Shown: positions 54,371 to 64,000, numbered from the stretch's first letter. The stretch: 64,000 nt of DNA from Candidatus Omnitrophota bacterium (GCA_043800555.1 JAZDMX010000023.1:9101-73100); one strand, 5' to 3'. The notes: generated by a model not told the origin, from the sequence alone. A program made the numbers and translations.

Positions 54371-55717
54371 TTAGTTTTCACCAAACACCGCTACCGAAGC
54401 GCTAAAGCTCATCATCCTGTTTCCTCCCTGGGGCGAATGGCCGATTTCTCCTCCGGCAAAAAAACCGCTAAAGGGAGCGCCTTTTAAGCTTTTACTTAAG
54501 AGCGAAAATGCCGGATTGATATCGTAATTATACTCCTTAACAACGTAAAGCTGCGCGTAACAATAGAGGAAAAGGGCGCCAGCGATATTCCCTTTGGGGA
54601 TATTGCCTCTGTTGCGGGCAATAGTCGCTATAATAGCGGGCTTATTCAGCAGGTCTCTTTTATCGGAAAATTCGCTTAAGCTAAGCTCGGTCCCTTCCTC
54701 CACGCCTTCATGGGTAACAAAAACAGATTTATCGGGGTAAACTACCGGAAACCCTACCAATACGTAATCCGATGAGCCTTTCTTTACCGGCTTTTTCAAC
54801 CCATACCTTCCATTTACCGACAAGGGGACATTGCCTCCGCCGGCTTTTATAATTCCGGTAATTTTACCTCCGGTCCATTCGTTATAAACGTCAGCGGCAG
54901 GCCGGTGGTCTATCTCGTAGATAATCCGTTTCTTGGGGTCAGCCTTATTAACCAAGCCCTTGAACTCCGTCTTGCCGGAATAACCATAGCCATAGGCCAC
55001 GCCAACCTTACTATCTATCCAAATCGCAGCCACGCTGATAAAACCTGTGCTCACCCGGCTATTGGAGTAGCACCAACCATCCCCGGCCGGAGCATCTTTT
55101 ACTTCTTGTCCGGCATTACCTCCCCAAATAGGGACCACACCGGTTATTTCTTCAATCCCGCGGCAAATTTCAGTATCCGTTACAAGGTTAAGCCCGGCAA
55201 ACAGGATAATGTTCGGGGGCCCTTTAGCCGTTTTTCCGGCATTTTTTATCGCTTCCAGTATCGCTTCCCTCCCTACCCTGCGGTAGCTATTTAAATCCTG
55301 CCATTTAAGCTTAGCGCCTCCTACTCCCACCGTCATAGACGGAGAATAAAATCCCGCCACGGTTAAACCGGAATGTATGCCTTCCGGAACGGCTATCCCC
55401 GCAAGGTCGCTGTTAAGGCCCCATATCCGGGTCTGCGAAGCCAATTTGGCCCTTAAAAGGGCCAAGACCTTCCTTTCGTTATACTTGCCTCCCGTCGTAA
55501 ACACGGCAACAAATTTTGGAGGCTCCGGGACAAGCCCCTGCTTCATCATCTTCACCGCTTCATCTACCGCCGCCGCTTCATTCGGATTAACGCTCCAGCC
55601 ATAAGATATTTTCATCGGCCCTGCGGCTAAAGCGGCCTTAGGAAGGAATAAAAACGGGATTAGCAAGATAAAAACCGGAAACGGAGCGGCCCTGGATTTA
55701 TTCTTTCGCGTATTCAT
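54371..55717 (-). CDS. Secreted FIST-domain sensory protein
   Basis: Signal peptide and FIST N/C-like architecture. It is the first gene of the HK/RR operon. Confidence 0.55.
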   Translation of the reverse strand: MNTRKNKSRAAPFPVFILLIPFLFLPKAALAAGPMKISYGWSVNPNEAAAVDEAVKMMKQGLVPEPPKFVAVFTTGGKYNERKVLALLRAKLASQTRIWGLNSDLAGIAVPEGIHSGLTVAGFYSPSMTVGVGGAKLKWQDLNSYRRVGREAILEAIKNAGKTAKGPPNIILFAGLNLVTDTEICRGIEEITGVVPIWGGNAGQEVKDAPAGDGWCYSNSRVSTGFISVAAIWIDSKVGVAYGYGYSGKTEFKGLVNKADPKKRIIYEIDHRPAADVYNEWTGGKITGIIKAGGGNVPLSVNGRYGLKKPVKKGSSDYVLVGFPVVYPDKSVFVTHEGVEEGTELSLSEFSDKRDLLNKPAIIATIARNRGNIPKGNIAGALFLYCYAQLYVVKEYNYDINPAFSLLSKSLKGAPFSGFFAGGEIGHSPQGGNRMMSFSASVAVFGEN

Positions 55718-55772
55718 TATTCAAGCTTTCGCATACTCGCCCTGCAATGTCCTTAAACCATATAAAATGTTC

Positions 55773-56273
55773 CTAGAAAAACGGGTTATCCTTATCGATG
55801 CGCTTGAGCTTGAGCCCTTCAGGGCACCTTTTGAATTGTAATTGCGATTTCCCTTGCGATTTAATAACTACGCCCGAACCGGTTACGCCCCTTCTTTGCC
55901 AGTGGACCCTTACGCTTACCTCGTTTTTATCGGCAACGATCATATCAATGGAAAAATGTATAAACGGCTTGCTTATAAGACGAAGATAGGCCTCTAATAC
56001 AGGTTTAAATCTTTGCCCGCCTTCAAACCCTTTATCCAATAAAGCGAAAAAATCATTCAGGTCCTTGGATGCGTAGGCGTATTCAATATCCTCAAGGGTA
56101 TCTTCTACTACAACCTGAAGGAATATCCGCTGGGTTTGCCGGTTCATCTTCTTTTTAGGGGCAAGAGACATCCCGAAGAGAAAAATAAGCACAGAAAACA
56201 GCATCAATACGGGTAAGTATTTTTTGATTGCCATCGGAGATTTCTCATAAAAAACCCCGCACCTTGATATCAA
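55773..56273 (-). CDS. Hypothetical membrane-anchored protein
   Basis: One N-terminal TM (LPVLMLFSVLIFLFGMSLA). I recognise no family. Confidence 0.35.
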   Translation of the reverse strand: MISRCGVFYEKSPMAIKKYLPVLMLFSVLIFLFGMSLAPKKKMNRQTQRIFLQVVVEDTLEDIEYAYASKDLNDFFALLDKGFEGGQRFKPVLEAYLRLISKPFIHFSIDMIVADKNEVSVRVHWQRRGVTGSGVVIKSQGKSQLQFKRCPEGLKLKRIDKDNPFF

Positions 56274-56289
56274 AGTGCGGGGTTTTTAT
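56251..56289. terminator. Bidirectional-type intrinsic terminator (A-run, 13-bp stem, T-run)
   Basis: AAAAACCCCGCACCTTGA TA TCAAAGTGCGGGGTTTTTA. 12 of 13 stem pairs. Confidence 0.65.
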
Positions 56290-56306
56290 AGTTAACTACT
56301 TCACAG

Positions 56307-56984
56307 CTACTTTTTCTTCAGTTTTTCAATAAAATCAGCTACAAATTTGCCTGCGATGTCCTTGCAGCCCAAGCCAAATGCCAGAGCCAGGCCCAGACCT
56401 AAACTGCCCAAAATAACCGATAAGGTCATCTGGGTCACAAGTATACCTATATTTAACTGCTCTAAAGCCACAAAGATGGAAAAAATAATTATGATCACCT
56501 CGACAACCTTAGCCAGAAGTTTCCCCTGGTTAAGCCCGGCGTTATTAGCGGCAGTCAACACTATATTCCTTAATATAGTTGCCGTAAACATACCCAAGAT
56601 AAGGATAAACACGGCCGCGATAACATGAGGTATGTAAAGGACTACCTTGTTTAATAAATCCGCCGCAACGGTCAGGCCTACGGAATTAATCGCTACCATA
56701 AAAGTAACCAGTAAAGCAAGCCAATAGCAGATAACCCCGGCTAACTCGGAGAAAGAATAGCTTATGCCGCCTTTTTCCAACAAGGCTTCCAACTCGATCC
56801 GGTCAGAAAGCTCATCCATCTTAATCGCCCTTAAGCCCTTTGTGACAACTGTCCTGATCAGCTTAGAAATCAACCAGCCAATAATGAGTATAATGAGCAC
56901 CAACAAAATATTCACTACGAACTGCCCGATCTGGGATAGAACGGTCCTGGCTGGCTCTAATAAAACTATCTGCCAACTACTCAT
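56307..56984 (-). CDS. Conserved-TM-helix repeat protein (MscS-like N-terminal module)
   Basis: Two internally repeated TM-helix units with GL-rich helices (LGSLGLGLALAFGLG). Confidence 0.45.
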   Translation of the reverse strand: MSSWQIVLLEPARTVLSQIGQFVVNILLVLIILIIGWLISKLIRTVVTKGLRAIKMDELSDRIELEALLEKGGISYSFSELAGVICYWLALLVTFMVAINSVGLTVAADLLNKVVLYIPHVIAAVFILILGMFTATILRNIVLTAANNAGLNQGKLLAKVVEVIIIIFSIFVALEQLNIGILVTQMTLSVILGSLGLGLALAFGLGCKDIAGKFVADFIEKLKKK

Positions 56985-57120
56985 CCTCCACCTCCTTAGG
57001 TTAGCCCCGTCAAAAGCCCTGGCTTTAAACTACAGCATCTTTAAGGCCTTACTCTTTCCGGGGTTAGCGTTACATAATTCGCTTAACTTTATCATGAGTA
57101 TGGGTTTATGTCAAGAAATA

Positions 57121-57201
57121 ATTCTCTGAAAAAGGGGGACGTTTCTACTTTTCTAAGAGTAAACCCGGAAAAGTAGAAACGTCCCCCTTTTTCAGAGAAT
57201 T
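57121..57201. repeat. Palindromic hairpin repeat, copy 6 (33-bp perfect arms)
   Basis: ATTCTCTGAAAAAGGGGGACGTTTCTACTTTTC taagagtaaaccc GGAAAAGTAGAAACGTCCCCCTTTTTCAGAGAAT. Confidence 0.9.
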
Positions 57202-57204
57202 CAG

Positions 57205-57960
57205 TTATAAGCCTAACGTCATTCCGTCATAAGCCGCTTCTACTTCCACGCCTAAACGCCCGGCCAATGCCTTTGCCTGGATATGCGGCTTAGCCATAAG
57301 CATAGTCCTGCCGAAATGGGTAAGTATGGCCTTTTTAGGCTTGCAGGCCTTAATTATTCTTTCGGCGTCCGCCAAACAAAGATGCTCTATGCCGGGATGG
57401 GGCTCAAAGAAAACCACCGGGATTATCAATATGTCTGTTTTATAAAAATTGCCCAATTCTTTGAAGAATTTCGTATCGGCAAGTAAACCAACGCTTGTGC
57501 CTCCCAGATTAAATTTTAAACCATAGGTCTCAACCGGATGGATATGCCGCATCGAAACTTTAAATTTGAAATCACCGGCTTGGTAATTTGCGTTTGGCTT
57601 TAAAATACTGATCTTTTCAGGAAGCTTAGCGGCATATTTCAAGATTACGGAATCCTCTCCTATGGCGTCCCGGGGGCAAAAGACAACCCCTCTTTTCTTA
57701 AAACCTCCCTCGGTCATCGCTTCAATCATTACATTTATATCATTGGAATGGTCCAGATGCTTATGGGTGAGGATAATGGCGCTTAATTCCGAAGGATGCA
57801 ACCTTGGGCGGCTGGCAGAACATCTCACTATGCTCCCGGGCCCGGGGTCTATTAAAACATCGGCATCTTTATATGAAACCCAAATCCCTCCCGAAGACCT
57901 AAGCTGCTCGATCATCACAAACCGCGCGCCTGCGGTACCTAAGAACTTTAGGAAAGCCAT
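57205..57960 (-). CDS. MBL-fold metallo-hydrolase
   Basis: HxHxDH motif (ILTHKHLDHSND) and overall beta-lactamase-fold pattern. Confidence 0.7.
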   Translation of the reverse strand: MAFLKFLGTAGARFVMIEQLRSSGGIWVSYKDADVLIDPGPGSIVRCSASRPRLHPSELSAIILTHKHLDHSNDINVMIEAMTEGGFKKRGVVFCPRDAIGEDSVILKYAAKLPEKISILKPNANYQAGDFKFKVSMRHIHPVETYGLKFNLGGTSVGLLADTKFFKELGNFYKTDILIIPVVFFEPHPGIEHLCLADAERIIKACKPKKAILTHFGRTMLMAKPHIQAKALAGRLGVEVEAAYDGMTLGL

Positions 57961-58433
57961 AATTTCCTCAATTCCTCGTTTATCTTATGCATCTGGGCGT
58001 AGGTAATCTCCGGCTCCGGAGGCTCATTTCTTGGGCGCATCAGCTTATCCGGGGACAAAAGGAAATCTTCCACGCTCTCCTGCCTGGCCCTGGAAAATCT
58101 GGCGAATAGCCCTATTTCTTTATCATCCGAAACAACAACTACATTCCCGGGGTTAGGGATCAATTCCACCAGCTTCTTTATTCTTTCGTCAGCGCTCTCT
58201 GCCCTCGAGAATATAACCATGATATTGCCTTTATCGGAGTTATCTAAACCCGGCGCAGGGTATCCGTCAAATACAACCCAAAACTTATTATTCGGGCTAG
58301 AGGCCGATTTTTTAGCCCTAATCAGCCGGATTAATTCCTCGCGGGGGCCTAAATTATTTTTCCGGGGGATTTGCTTTGCGAACTTGGGATGGTTGGTTAC
58401 ATTGTAACCGTCGATTATGTACTGTAAGGACAT
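57948..58433 (-). CDS. NYN-domain protein (YacP-like)
   Basis: MSLQYIIDGYNV...KFWVVFDG resembles the YacP/NYN N-terminal pattern. The 80-nt overlap with the next gene means one start is probably mis-set. Confidence 0.5.
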   Translation of the reverse strand: MSLQYIIDGYNVTNHPKFAKQIPRKNNLGPREELIRLIRAKKSASSPNNKFWVVFDGYPAPGLDNSDKGNIMVIFSRAESADERIKKLVELIPNPGNVVVVSDDKEIGLFARFSRARQESVEDFLLSPDKLMRPRNEPPEPEITYAQMHKINEELRKLWLS

Positions 58434-59358
58434 AAATTAAGCCTCCTATCGCGCCATAGAACAAGATAAAAGAAAAACTCAAGAGCGACATGGCAAAAGC
58501 CAGGTTTTTCTCGACTCCGGCTTTGGCGAAAAAGAAAATCGTGGAAGCATCCCTTAAGCCTAACCCTCCGATAGATATAGGCAAAAGAGTTATCGCCCCG
58601 ATTATGGGAAGGAAGATAAAGAAATAGGCCAGGCTTATCTTTAAGCCTAAAGAGAGCGCGACAATATAAAAGGTAAACGACGGGACTGCCTGCACCGCGA
58701 TGGAAATAAGTATATTTTTCACTACGACCTTTGGCTTATCCCTGAACAGGTATATCTCCTCATGCAAATCGGTGATTAAGTCCCGGATTTTTCCGGCGTT
58801 AGGGCTTTTGAGAAGGCGGCTGATTTTGGAATATAAAAAACTGTTGAACAACAATAATAAAACGACAGCCAGCATACCGATGATTATCCCTAAAGCTATT
58901 ACAACGCTCCTGTCTTCAAGGATTTTCCAGCCCAAAAACATCGCAATCAAAGCTAAAATAACCAAGCCGATATAGCCGCTTAAGCGGTCCAGGAATATCG
59001 TGGCAATAACCTCTTTGGGTTTCTTGGTATATACAGCCAAATCAACGCTGCGCAGGAAATCCCCTCCTATTGTCGAAGGAAGAAATAAACTGAAAAATAC
59101 TCCCCCGGAAAAAGAAGTTACCACCCGCTTAAGAGGTATATTGATTTTTACCGCCTTAAGCAGCATTACCCAGCGGCAAAGGCCCAGGATATAGGTCAAG
59201 AAGAAAAACAAAAAGGCCAAAAGCAAAAGCGGTTTATTTATGCCCTTTATGACCTCTAAGATGCTTCTGCCATCCACCTGCCTGAATAAAAATACCAGGA
59301 GAATAACGCTTATAGCAACTCTTAGCAATATTGAAAATATCTTTTTGATGACTGCCAT
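58354..59358 (-). CDS. Flippase-like (lysylphosphatidylglycerol synthase TM-region/UPF0104) membrane protein
   Basis: 8 predicted TMs. The N-terminal pattern ILLRVAISVILLVFLFRQVD is family-typical. Confidence 0.55.
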   Translation of the reverse strand: MAVIKKIFSILLRVAISVILLVFLFRQVDGRSILEVIKGINKPLLLLAFLFFFLTYILGLCRWVMLLKAVKINIPLKRVVTSFSGGVFFSLFLPSTIGGDFLRSVDLAVYTKKPKEVIATIFLDRLSGYIGLVILALIAMFLGWKILEDRSVVIALGIIIGMLAVVLLLLFNSFLYSKISRLLKSPNAGKIRDLITDLHEEIYLFRDKPKVVVKNILISIAVQAVPSFTFYIVALSLGLKISLAYFFIFLPIIGAITLLPISIGGLGLRDASTIFFFAKAGVEKNLAFAMSLLSFSFILFYGAIGGLIYVLTVHNRRLQCNQPSQVRKANPPEK

Positions 59359-59360
59359 GA

Positions 59361-60251
59361 TTATATCCCTTTACCGGTTATCGCCTGGTAAGCCTCCAGG
59401 TATTTCCGGCTTGTCCTGGCAATAATATCCTCCGGCAAAGAAGGCGCCGGAGGCGTTTTATCCCAGCCTAACGCCTCCAGGTAATCGCGCACGAATTGCT
59501 TATCGAAACTGGCCTGGGCCCTGCCCGGCCCATACGCATCCCGGGGCCAAAACCGGCTGGAATCAGGCGTCAATACCTCATCTATCAAAATAACCTCGTT
59601 ATTAAATATGCCGAATTCGAATTTTGTATCGGCTATAATTATGCCCTTATTTAAAGCGAACTTGGCCGCCTTCTCATAGATAGCGATGCTTGCCCGTAGG
59701 ATTTTGTCGAAAGCGTCCTTGCCGATTAATTTCTCGACATCTTCCGCAGTGACATTGCGGTCATGGCCGGAATCCTCCTTGGTAGAAGGCGTGAAAACAG
59801 GCTCCGCAAGCACAGCCGATTCTTTTAAACCCGGGGGCAATTTTATCCCGCATACCGACTGCCCTTTTTGATACTCTTTCCAGCCTGAACCCGATAAATA
59901 GCCCCTCACGATGCATTCTACGGGAAGCGGCCTGCATTTTAGAGCCAGCATCGAACGGCCGGCCAATTGTTTTTCAAATTGCCTTAACTCCTTGGGGTAT
60001 TTATTTACATCGGCGGTGATAAAATGGCTGGGTATAATATCTTTCAGGAAATCAAACCAAAAACAGGACAAAGCGGTTAATACCTCCCCTTTATAAGGTA
60101 TGCCGCAAGGCAAAACCGCGTCAAAGCAGGAAATCCTGTCAGTAGAGACTATCAAGAGCTTATCTCCCAAATCGTAAACATCCCTGACCTTGCCCTTGCG
60201 GAATAATTTCAGGCCCTTAAAATCGGTACCCAGCAATACTTCTTTATTCAT
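59361..60251 (-). CDS. purC: Phosphoribosylaminoimidazole-succinocarboxamide synthase
   Basis: SAICAR synthetase pattern (LFRKGKVRDVYDLGDKLLIVSTDRISCFD, IIADTKFEFG). Start taken at MNKEV; the track extends to 60326. Confidence 0.8.
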   Translation of the reverse strand: MNKEVLLGTDFKGLKLFRKGKVRDVYDLGDKLLIVSTDRISCFDAVLPCGIPYKGEVLTALSCFWFDFLKDIIPSHFITADVNKYPKELRQFEKQLAGRSMLALKCRPLPVECIVRGYLSGSGWKEYQKGQSVCGIKLPPGLKESAVLAEPVFTPSTKEDSGHDRNVTAEDVEKLIGKDAFDKILRASIAIYEKAAKFALNKGIIIADTKFEFGIFNNEVILIDEVLTPDSSRFWPRDAYGPGRAQASFDKQFVRDYLEALGWDKTPPAPSLPEDIIARTSRKYLEAYQAITGKGI

Positions 60252-62037
60252 AATATTTGAGGCGCTCACAAAGGCAGTTATACTCCTGCCATAATTCAGG
60301 AGGCAAATCCCTCTTGAATTGGGCAAAGAATTTCTTAATGCCTTTTAATTCTTCCTGCCAGTCTTTTTTACGCACTTCCAGCAACTTCTCCAAAGCTCCT
60401 TCGGAATGATTTAGCCCGGTCATATCAATATCCGTTTGATACGGCACATATCCTATCGGGGTCTTGAACGCCTCTACTTTATTGTTGCAACGGTCAAGCA
60501 CCCACTCTAAAACCCTTAAGTTTTCGGTAAAACCCGGCCATAAGAATTTACCGTTTTTATCCGTCTTGAACCAATTGACATGGAAAATCTTCGGGGCCTT
60601 GGCCATACGCTTGCCCATATCCAGCCAATGCCTGAAATAATACGCCATATTATAACCGCAGAACGGCAACATAGCCATGGGGTCCCGGCGCACTTGCCCC
60701 ACTTCCCCCACCTGGGCTGCGGTGCGTTCGGAAGCCATAGCCGCGCCGACAAACACGCCATGCTGCCAGTCAAACGACTCATAAACCAATGGGGCCAAAT
60801 GCTGCCTGCGGCCGCCAAAGACTATCGCCGATATCGGGACCCCGTGATGCTGCTCCAGCCTAAAGGACACCGAAGGGCAATTGGCAATCGGCGCGGTAAA
60901 CCTGCTGTTTGGATGAGCGCCCAAAACAAGCTTGCCAGTGGCATCTTTTAAACCGGGTTTCCAGGGACGGCCCTGCCAATCGATCCCGGATGCAGGCACC
61001 GGGCCATCGGCGCCCTCCCACCAGACTGTCTTATCCGGCTTTAGCAAAACATTGGTAAAAATAGTGTCCTTATTTATTGCCTCTACCATATTGGGGTTAG
61101 TCTTGGAATTGGTGCCCGGGGCAACGCCGAAAAACCCGGTTTCCGGATTAATCGCCCAAAGAGAACCGTCAGAATCCACGCGCATCCAGGCAAGATCATC
61201 GCCAACCGTCCAAATACGGTAACCCTTTACTTTTAACCCTTCCGGAGGGACAAGCATGGCAAGATTAGTCTTGCCGCAAGCGCTTGGAAAAGCCGCGGCA
61301 ATATATTCGATGTGGCCGTTAGGCTCTTCAATCCCCATAATCAGCATATGCTCGGCCAACCAGCATTCCTTGCGCGCCAGGAAACTTGCGATACGCAAAG
61401 ATAAGCATTTTTTACCGAGCAACACGTTCCCGCCGTAACCGGAACCAACGCTCCAGATAGTATTATCTTCCGGAAAATGCAAAATCAGCCTCTTTTTAAT
61501 ATCCAACTTGGCCTTAGAATGCAGGCATTTGGTAAAATTATTTTCTTTTTCAAGCTGCCTTAACACCGGTTCTCCCGAACGCGTCATAATCAGCATATTC
61601 AACACGACATAACGCGAATCCGTCAACTCAACCCCGATCTTGCTGAACCTTGAGCCAACCGGGCCCATAGAAAAAGGGATGACATACATAACCCTCCCCT
61701 TCATCGCTCCTTTAAATATGGACCTTGCCTTTTTATAGGCGGCAAACGGCGGCATCCAATTATTATTCGGCCCGGCGTCATGTTTTTTCCTGGTGCAGAT
61801 ATAAGTAAGGTGCTCGGTGCGGGCGACATCATCTATAGCAGTCCGGTGCAGGAAAGAACCGGGGTGTTTTTCCTGGCTTAACCGGATTAATTCACCGGTT
61901 TCAACTGCTTCTTTTTCCAGGATATTTTTCTGGGCCTCTGTGCCATCTATCCAAACAATATCCAGGGGTTGGCAAAGATTGGCCATTTCCGTTACCCAGT
62001 CTTTCAATTTTTTGTTGTTTGTAGGAAACCTCGTCAT
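60244..62037 (-). CDS. pckG: Phosphoenolpyruvate carboxykinase (GTP)
   Basis: GTP-PEPCK signatures (kinase-1a GSGYGGN, FPSACGKTNLAM, WVGDDLAW). Confidence 0.9.
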   Translation of the reverse strand: MTRFPTNNKKLKDWVTEMANLCQPLDIVWIDGTEAQKNILEKEAVETGELIRLSQEKHPGSFLHRTAIDDVARTEHLTYICTRKKHDAGPNNNWMPPFAAYKKARSIFKGAMKGRVMYVIPFSMGPVGSRFSKIGVELTDSRYVVLNMLIMTRSGEPVLRQLEKENNFTKCLHSKAKLDIKKRLILHFPEDNTIWSVGSGYGGNVLLGKKCLSLRIASFLARKECWLAEHMLIMGIEEPNGHIEYIAAAFPSACGKTNLAMLVPPEGLKVKGYRIWTVGDDLAWMRVDSDGSLWAINPETGFFGVAPGTNSKTNPNMVEAINKDTIFTNVLLKPDKTVWWEGADGPVPASGIDWQGRPWKPGLKDATGKLVLGAHPNSRFTAPIANCPSVSFRLEQHHGVPISAIVFGGRRQHLAPLVYESFDWQHGVFVGAAMASERTAAQVGEVGQVRRDPMAMLPFCGYNMAYYFRHWLDMGKRMAKAPKIFHVNWFKTDKNGKFLWPGFTENLRVLEWVLDRCNNKVEAFKTPIGYVPYQTDIDMTGLNHSEGALEKLLEVRKKDWQEELKGIKKFFAQFKRDLPPELWQEYNCLCERLKYYE

Positions 62038-62094
62038 TAGTTAACTCCCTCCCCGGGCTTTAGCCCCCCCCTCTAAAACAAGCCCGGCCGCTTG

Positions 62095-63006
62095 TCAAAT
62101 CCTGGCTAAGTATTTATAGGCTGAATCGGCGGCAAGAGCTCCTTCTCCGCAGGCATTCACCACCTGATACAGGCTTTTGCTCACGCAATCCCCGCAGGCA
62201 AATACCCCATCCCTGGAAGCGCGCATTGTTTTATCGGTAATTATAAACCCGGATTCATCGGTTTCCAATATATTCTTTACGAAAGCCGTATCCGGAAGTA
62301 TGCCTACAAATATAAACACCCCGTCACATTTAATTTCCGAGCGTCCCAGCGTCTTTACATTCTTAAGCTTGGCTGACTCTACCTTATTTTCACCGCAAAG
62401 CTCTTCTACAACGCTATCCATAACAAATTTTACCCGGGAGTTCTTTCTTAGCTTATCTACCAATATCTCCGCGGCGCGGAATTCGTCGCGCCGGTGCACC
62501 AGGTGGACGGATTTAGCATAGCCGGCCAAAAATATAGCATCTTCGATTGCGCGGTCCCCTCCTCCGACTATTACTATGCCCTTATCCCTAAAAAGCGGCC
62601 CATCGCAAGTCCCGCAATAAGAAACCCCTCTGCCGGTAAACTTATCTTCGCCCTTAACCCCGAGCCTTTTCGGTTTGGCCCCCGCAGCTATAATTACCGC
62701 CTTTGTTTCAAAATTTTCCCCCGGTGTTTTAACCTGGTAGAATTTTCCTTGCGGCAGGACCTCTAATGCCTCTTTGTCCTCTATGCGCAAACCCAAAGAC
62801 TCCACCTGCTTCTTGAATTTATCCATCAATTCAAAAGTAGGTATGCCTTCCGGGAACCCGGGGTAATTTTCAATTGAAGGCGATAGGAGTATCTGTCCGC
62901 CGGGGGCCATCTTCTCAAGAACCAAAGCGTTTAACCTGAACCTTCCGGCATAGATAGCGGCGGTAAGGCCTGACGGCCCTGCGCCGATTATAATCAAATC
63001 ATGCAT
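62095..63006 (-). CDS. trxB: Thioredoxin-disulfide reductase
   Basis: FAD motif IIGAGPSGLTAAIYA. Redox-active CGTC in YCGTCDG. NADPH motif VIVGGGDRAIEDA. Confidence 0.85.
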   Translation of the reverse strand: MHDLIIIGAGPSGLTAAIYAGRFRLNALVLEKMAPGGQILLSPSIENYPGFPEGIPTFELMDKFKKQVESLGLRIEDKEALEVLPQGKFYQVKTPGENFETKAVIIAAGAKPKRLGVKGEDKFTGRGVSYCGTCDGPLFRDKGIVIVGGGDRAIEDAIFLAGYAKSVHLVHRRDEFRAAEILVDKLRKNSRVKFVMDSVVEELCGENKVESAKLKNVKTLGRSEIKCDGVFIFVGILPDTAFVKNILETDESGFIITDKTMRASRDGVFACGDCVSKSLYQVVNACGEGALAADSAYKYLARI

Positions 63007-63324
63007 AGACCTATCTCCAAATACCCTCTCCTAAAAAAAGGGGGCGGGCGATCTCATTGCTTTGTCCTTAAAAGAACCTGGCGTAACGCGGCTTATTCTG
63101 CTCTTGGCGGCAAAAAACAACCGGGGAGCTCCTTCTTCCTGCGGTGATAGGCAACGCATTCGCAACATACGCCTTTTCTCGGGCAAAGGTCATGCTGGCA
63201 ACTGCAATTTAGAATATTATCTTTTTTATTCCGGCAGGCTTGCATACCCGGCTTTGCCCCTTATCCAGCATTATGCTTAATATTTACCCGTAAGCCCGTA
63301 TACCTTAAGCAAGCCTTGGGTTAT

Positions 63325-63843
63325 TTATAAAGTAAGCGACTCGTTTTTACCCTTCTTCTGCAATTCCCTAAGCTCCTTGGCTATTTTTATCTTCTCCAGG
63401 ATAGCCGCATAATCCACTATCAGCTTGCCGTTTAAGTGGTCGATTTCATGCTGAAAAACGCAGGCAAGCAGGCCTTCGGCTTCGATATGCAAAGCCTTTC
63501 CGTTTTCATCCAGCGCTTCCAATTTGACCTTTTTAGCGCGCTTTACTTTTACAGAAATGCCCGGGACGCTAAGGCAGCCTTCCCTGTTGGTTTGCCAACC
63601 AAGGCATTTTATAATCCTGGGGTTAATTAATTTATAAAGCCCGCATCCGGTATCTGCGACAATCAAAGCCTGGCTTAATCCCACCTGGGGAGCGGCCAGG
63701 CCTATGCCCTGGCCATCATACATAACCCGGGCCATCCGGCTTAAAAGCTCTTTATGCCCGGCAGTGATCTTCTTGACCGCGGCCGACTTCTTTCTTAAAA
63801 CCGGGTCGCCAATTTTTCTAATTCTTAATCCGGTTTTTTCCAT
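63325..63843 (-). CDS. def: Peptide deformylase
   Basis: Motifs GIGLAAPQVG, EGCLSVPG and HEIDHLNG. ATG at 63843; the track start at 63846 is a TTG. Confidence 0.85.
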   Translation of the reverse strand: MEKTGLRIRKIGDPVLRKKSAAVKKITAGHKELLSRMARVMYDGQGIGLAAPQVGLSQALIVADTGCGLYKLINPRIIKCLGWQTNREGCLSVPGISVKVKRAKKVKLEALDENGKALHIEAEGLLACVFQHEIDHLNGKLIVDYAAILEKIKIAKELRELQKKGKNESLTL

Positions 63844-64000
63844 CAACCTTGACTATTTTTGGGTTAATTTTTCCTGCTTCTTCATCCGTAGCGTTAACAT
63901 AAGCGAGTATAACCACCGCATCCCCGCTGCAGGCACCGCGAGCGGCCGGGCCATTCAAGCAGATTATGCCGCTATTTGCCTTTCCGCAGATAGCGTAAGT
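63809..64000 (-). CDS. panD: Aspartate 1-decarboxylase, C-terminal part (gene continues beyond the window)
   Basis: The minus-strand translation ...TYAICGKANSGIICLNGPAARGACSGDAVVILAYVNATDEEAGKINPKIVKVD matches the PanD C-terminal pattern. It overlaps the def start. Confidence 0.55.

Noticed and set aside
1-57201. Possible CRISPR array, because of recurring ~25-nt identical units
   Set aside because: The units are inverted (palindromic) pairs at six separate intergenic loci, not regularly spaced direct repeats with unique spacers. No cas genes nearby.
63062-63280. 72-aa + strand ORF, and a 42-aa minus ORF, in the trxB–def gap
   Set aside because: Neither has an RBS, motifs or coupling. I left the 318-bp gap unannotated.

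Overview
64 kb of a bacterial chromosome. The Gram-negative envelope genes (secretin, OMP, TonB-like domain), the anaerobe-style metabolism (PPDK, GTP-PEPCK, NfnAB-like, GH57) and a GC content of about 45–50% are consistent with an uncultured anaerobic lineage. I cannot assign a taxon from the sequence alone. All calls are by eye from the supplied translations and raw sequence; no searches were run.

The backbone is housekeeping, on the + strand then the - strand. It includes hisS, aspS, the phoH–7TMR-HD–ybeY–recO block, panE, apbE, panB, glyQS, ppdK, a compact sigma-70 factor, apt, lexA, hflX, miaA, miaB, purC, pckG, trxB, def and a partial panD.

Ten unusual items are embedded in this backbone:
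1. A family of about 60-bp palindromic hairpin repeats at six intergenic sites, consensus arm AAAGGGGGACGTTTCTACTTTTC. Two copies bracket hflX and one copy is tandemly expanded.
2. A GIY-YIG nuclease ORF plus an intact tRNA-Arg(CCU). They sit between the 5' and 3' halves of a second, disrupted tRNA-Arg-like gene. Each half carries the same 20-bp perfect palindrome.
3. A glycogen locus: a GH57 enzyme, a membrane protein, a ParA/MinD-type ATPase fused to a CBM48/AMPK-beta glycogen-binding domain, and a lysine-rich partner protein. This looks like a ParA-based granule-positioning module.
4. A secretin carrying a C-terminal TonB_C-like domain, next to a GspA/ExeA-like AAA ATPase.
5. A soluble MgtE-N/CBS protein immediately upstream of an Nramp-related transporter with NRMT-like (Mg2+) site substitutions.
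6. A lexA–small ORF–dinB operon with a perfect palindromic operator; dinB is split by frame lesions.
7. A low-GC island (about 40.4–44.2 kb) with a HExxH lipoprotein, a HEPN/MNT pair, an excisionase-like HTH gene and nested duplicated segments.
8. About 60-bp direct repeats flanking a Ca2+-ATPase/DUF502 cassette, with an amino-acid permease remnant beside it.
9. A FIST–HK–RR–HK–RR signalling locus.
10. A 21-bp inverted repeat with alternative folds between glyQS and ppdK.

Most long minus-strand ORFs overlapping the + strand genes are shadow ORFs and are not called.
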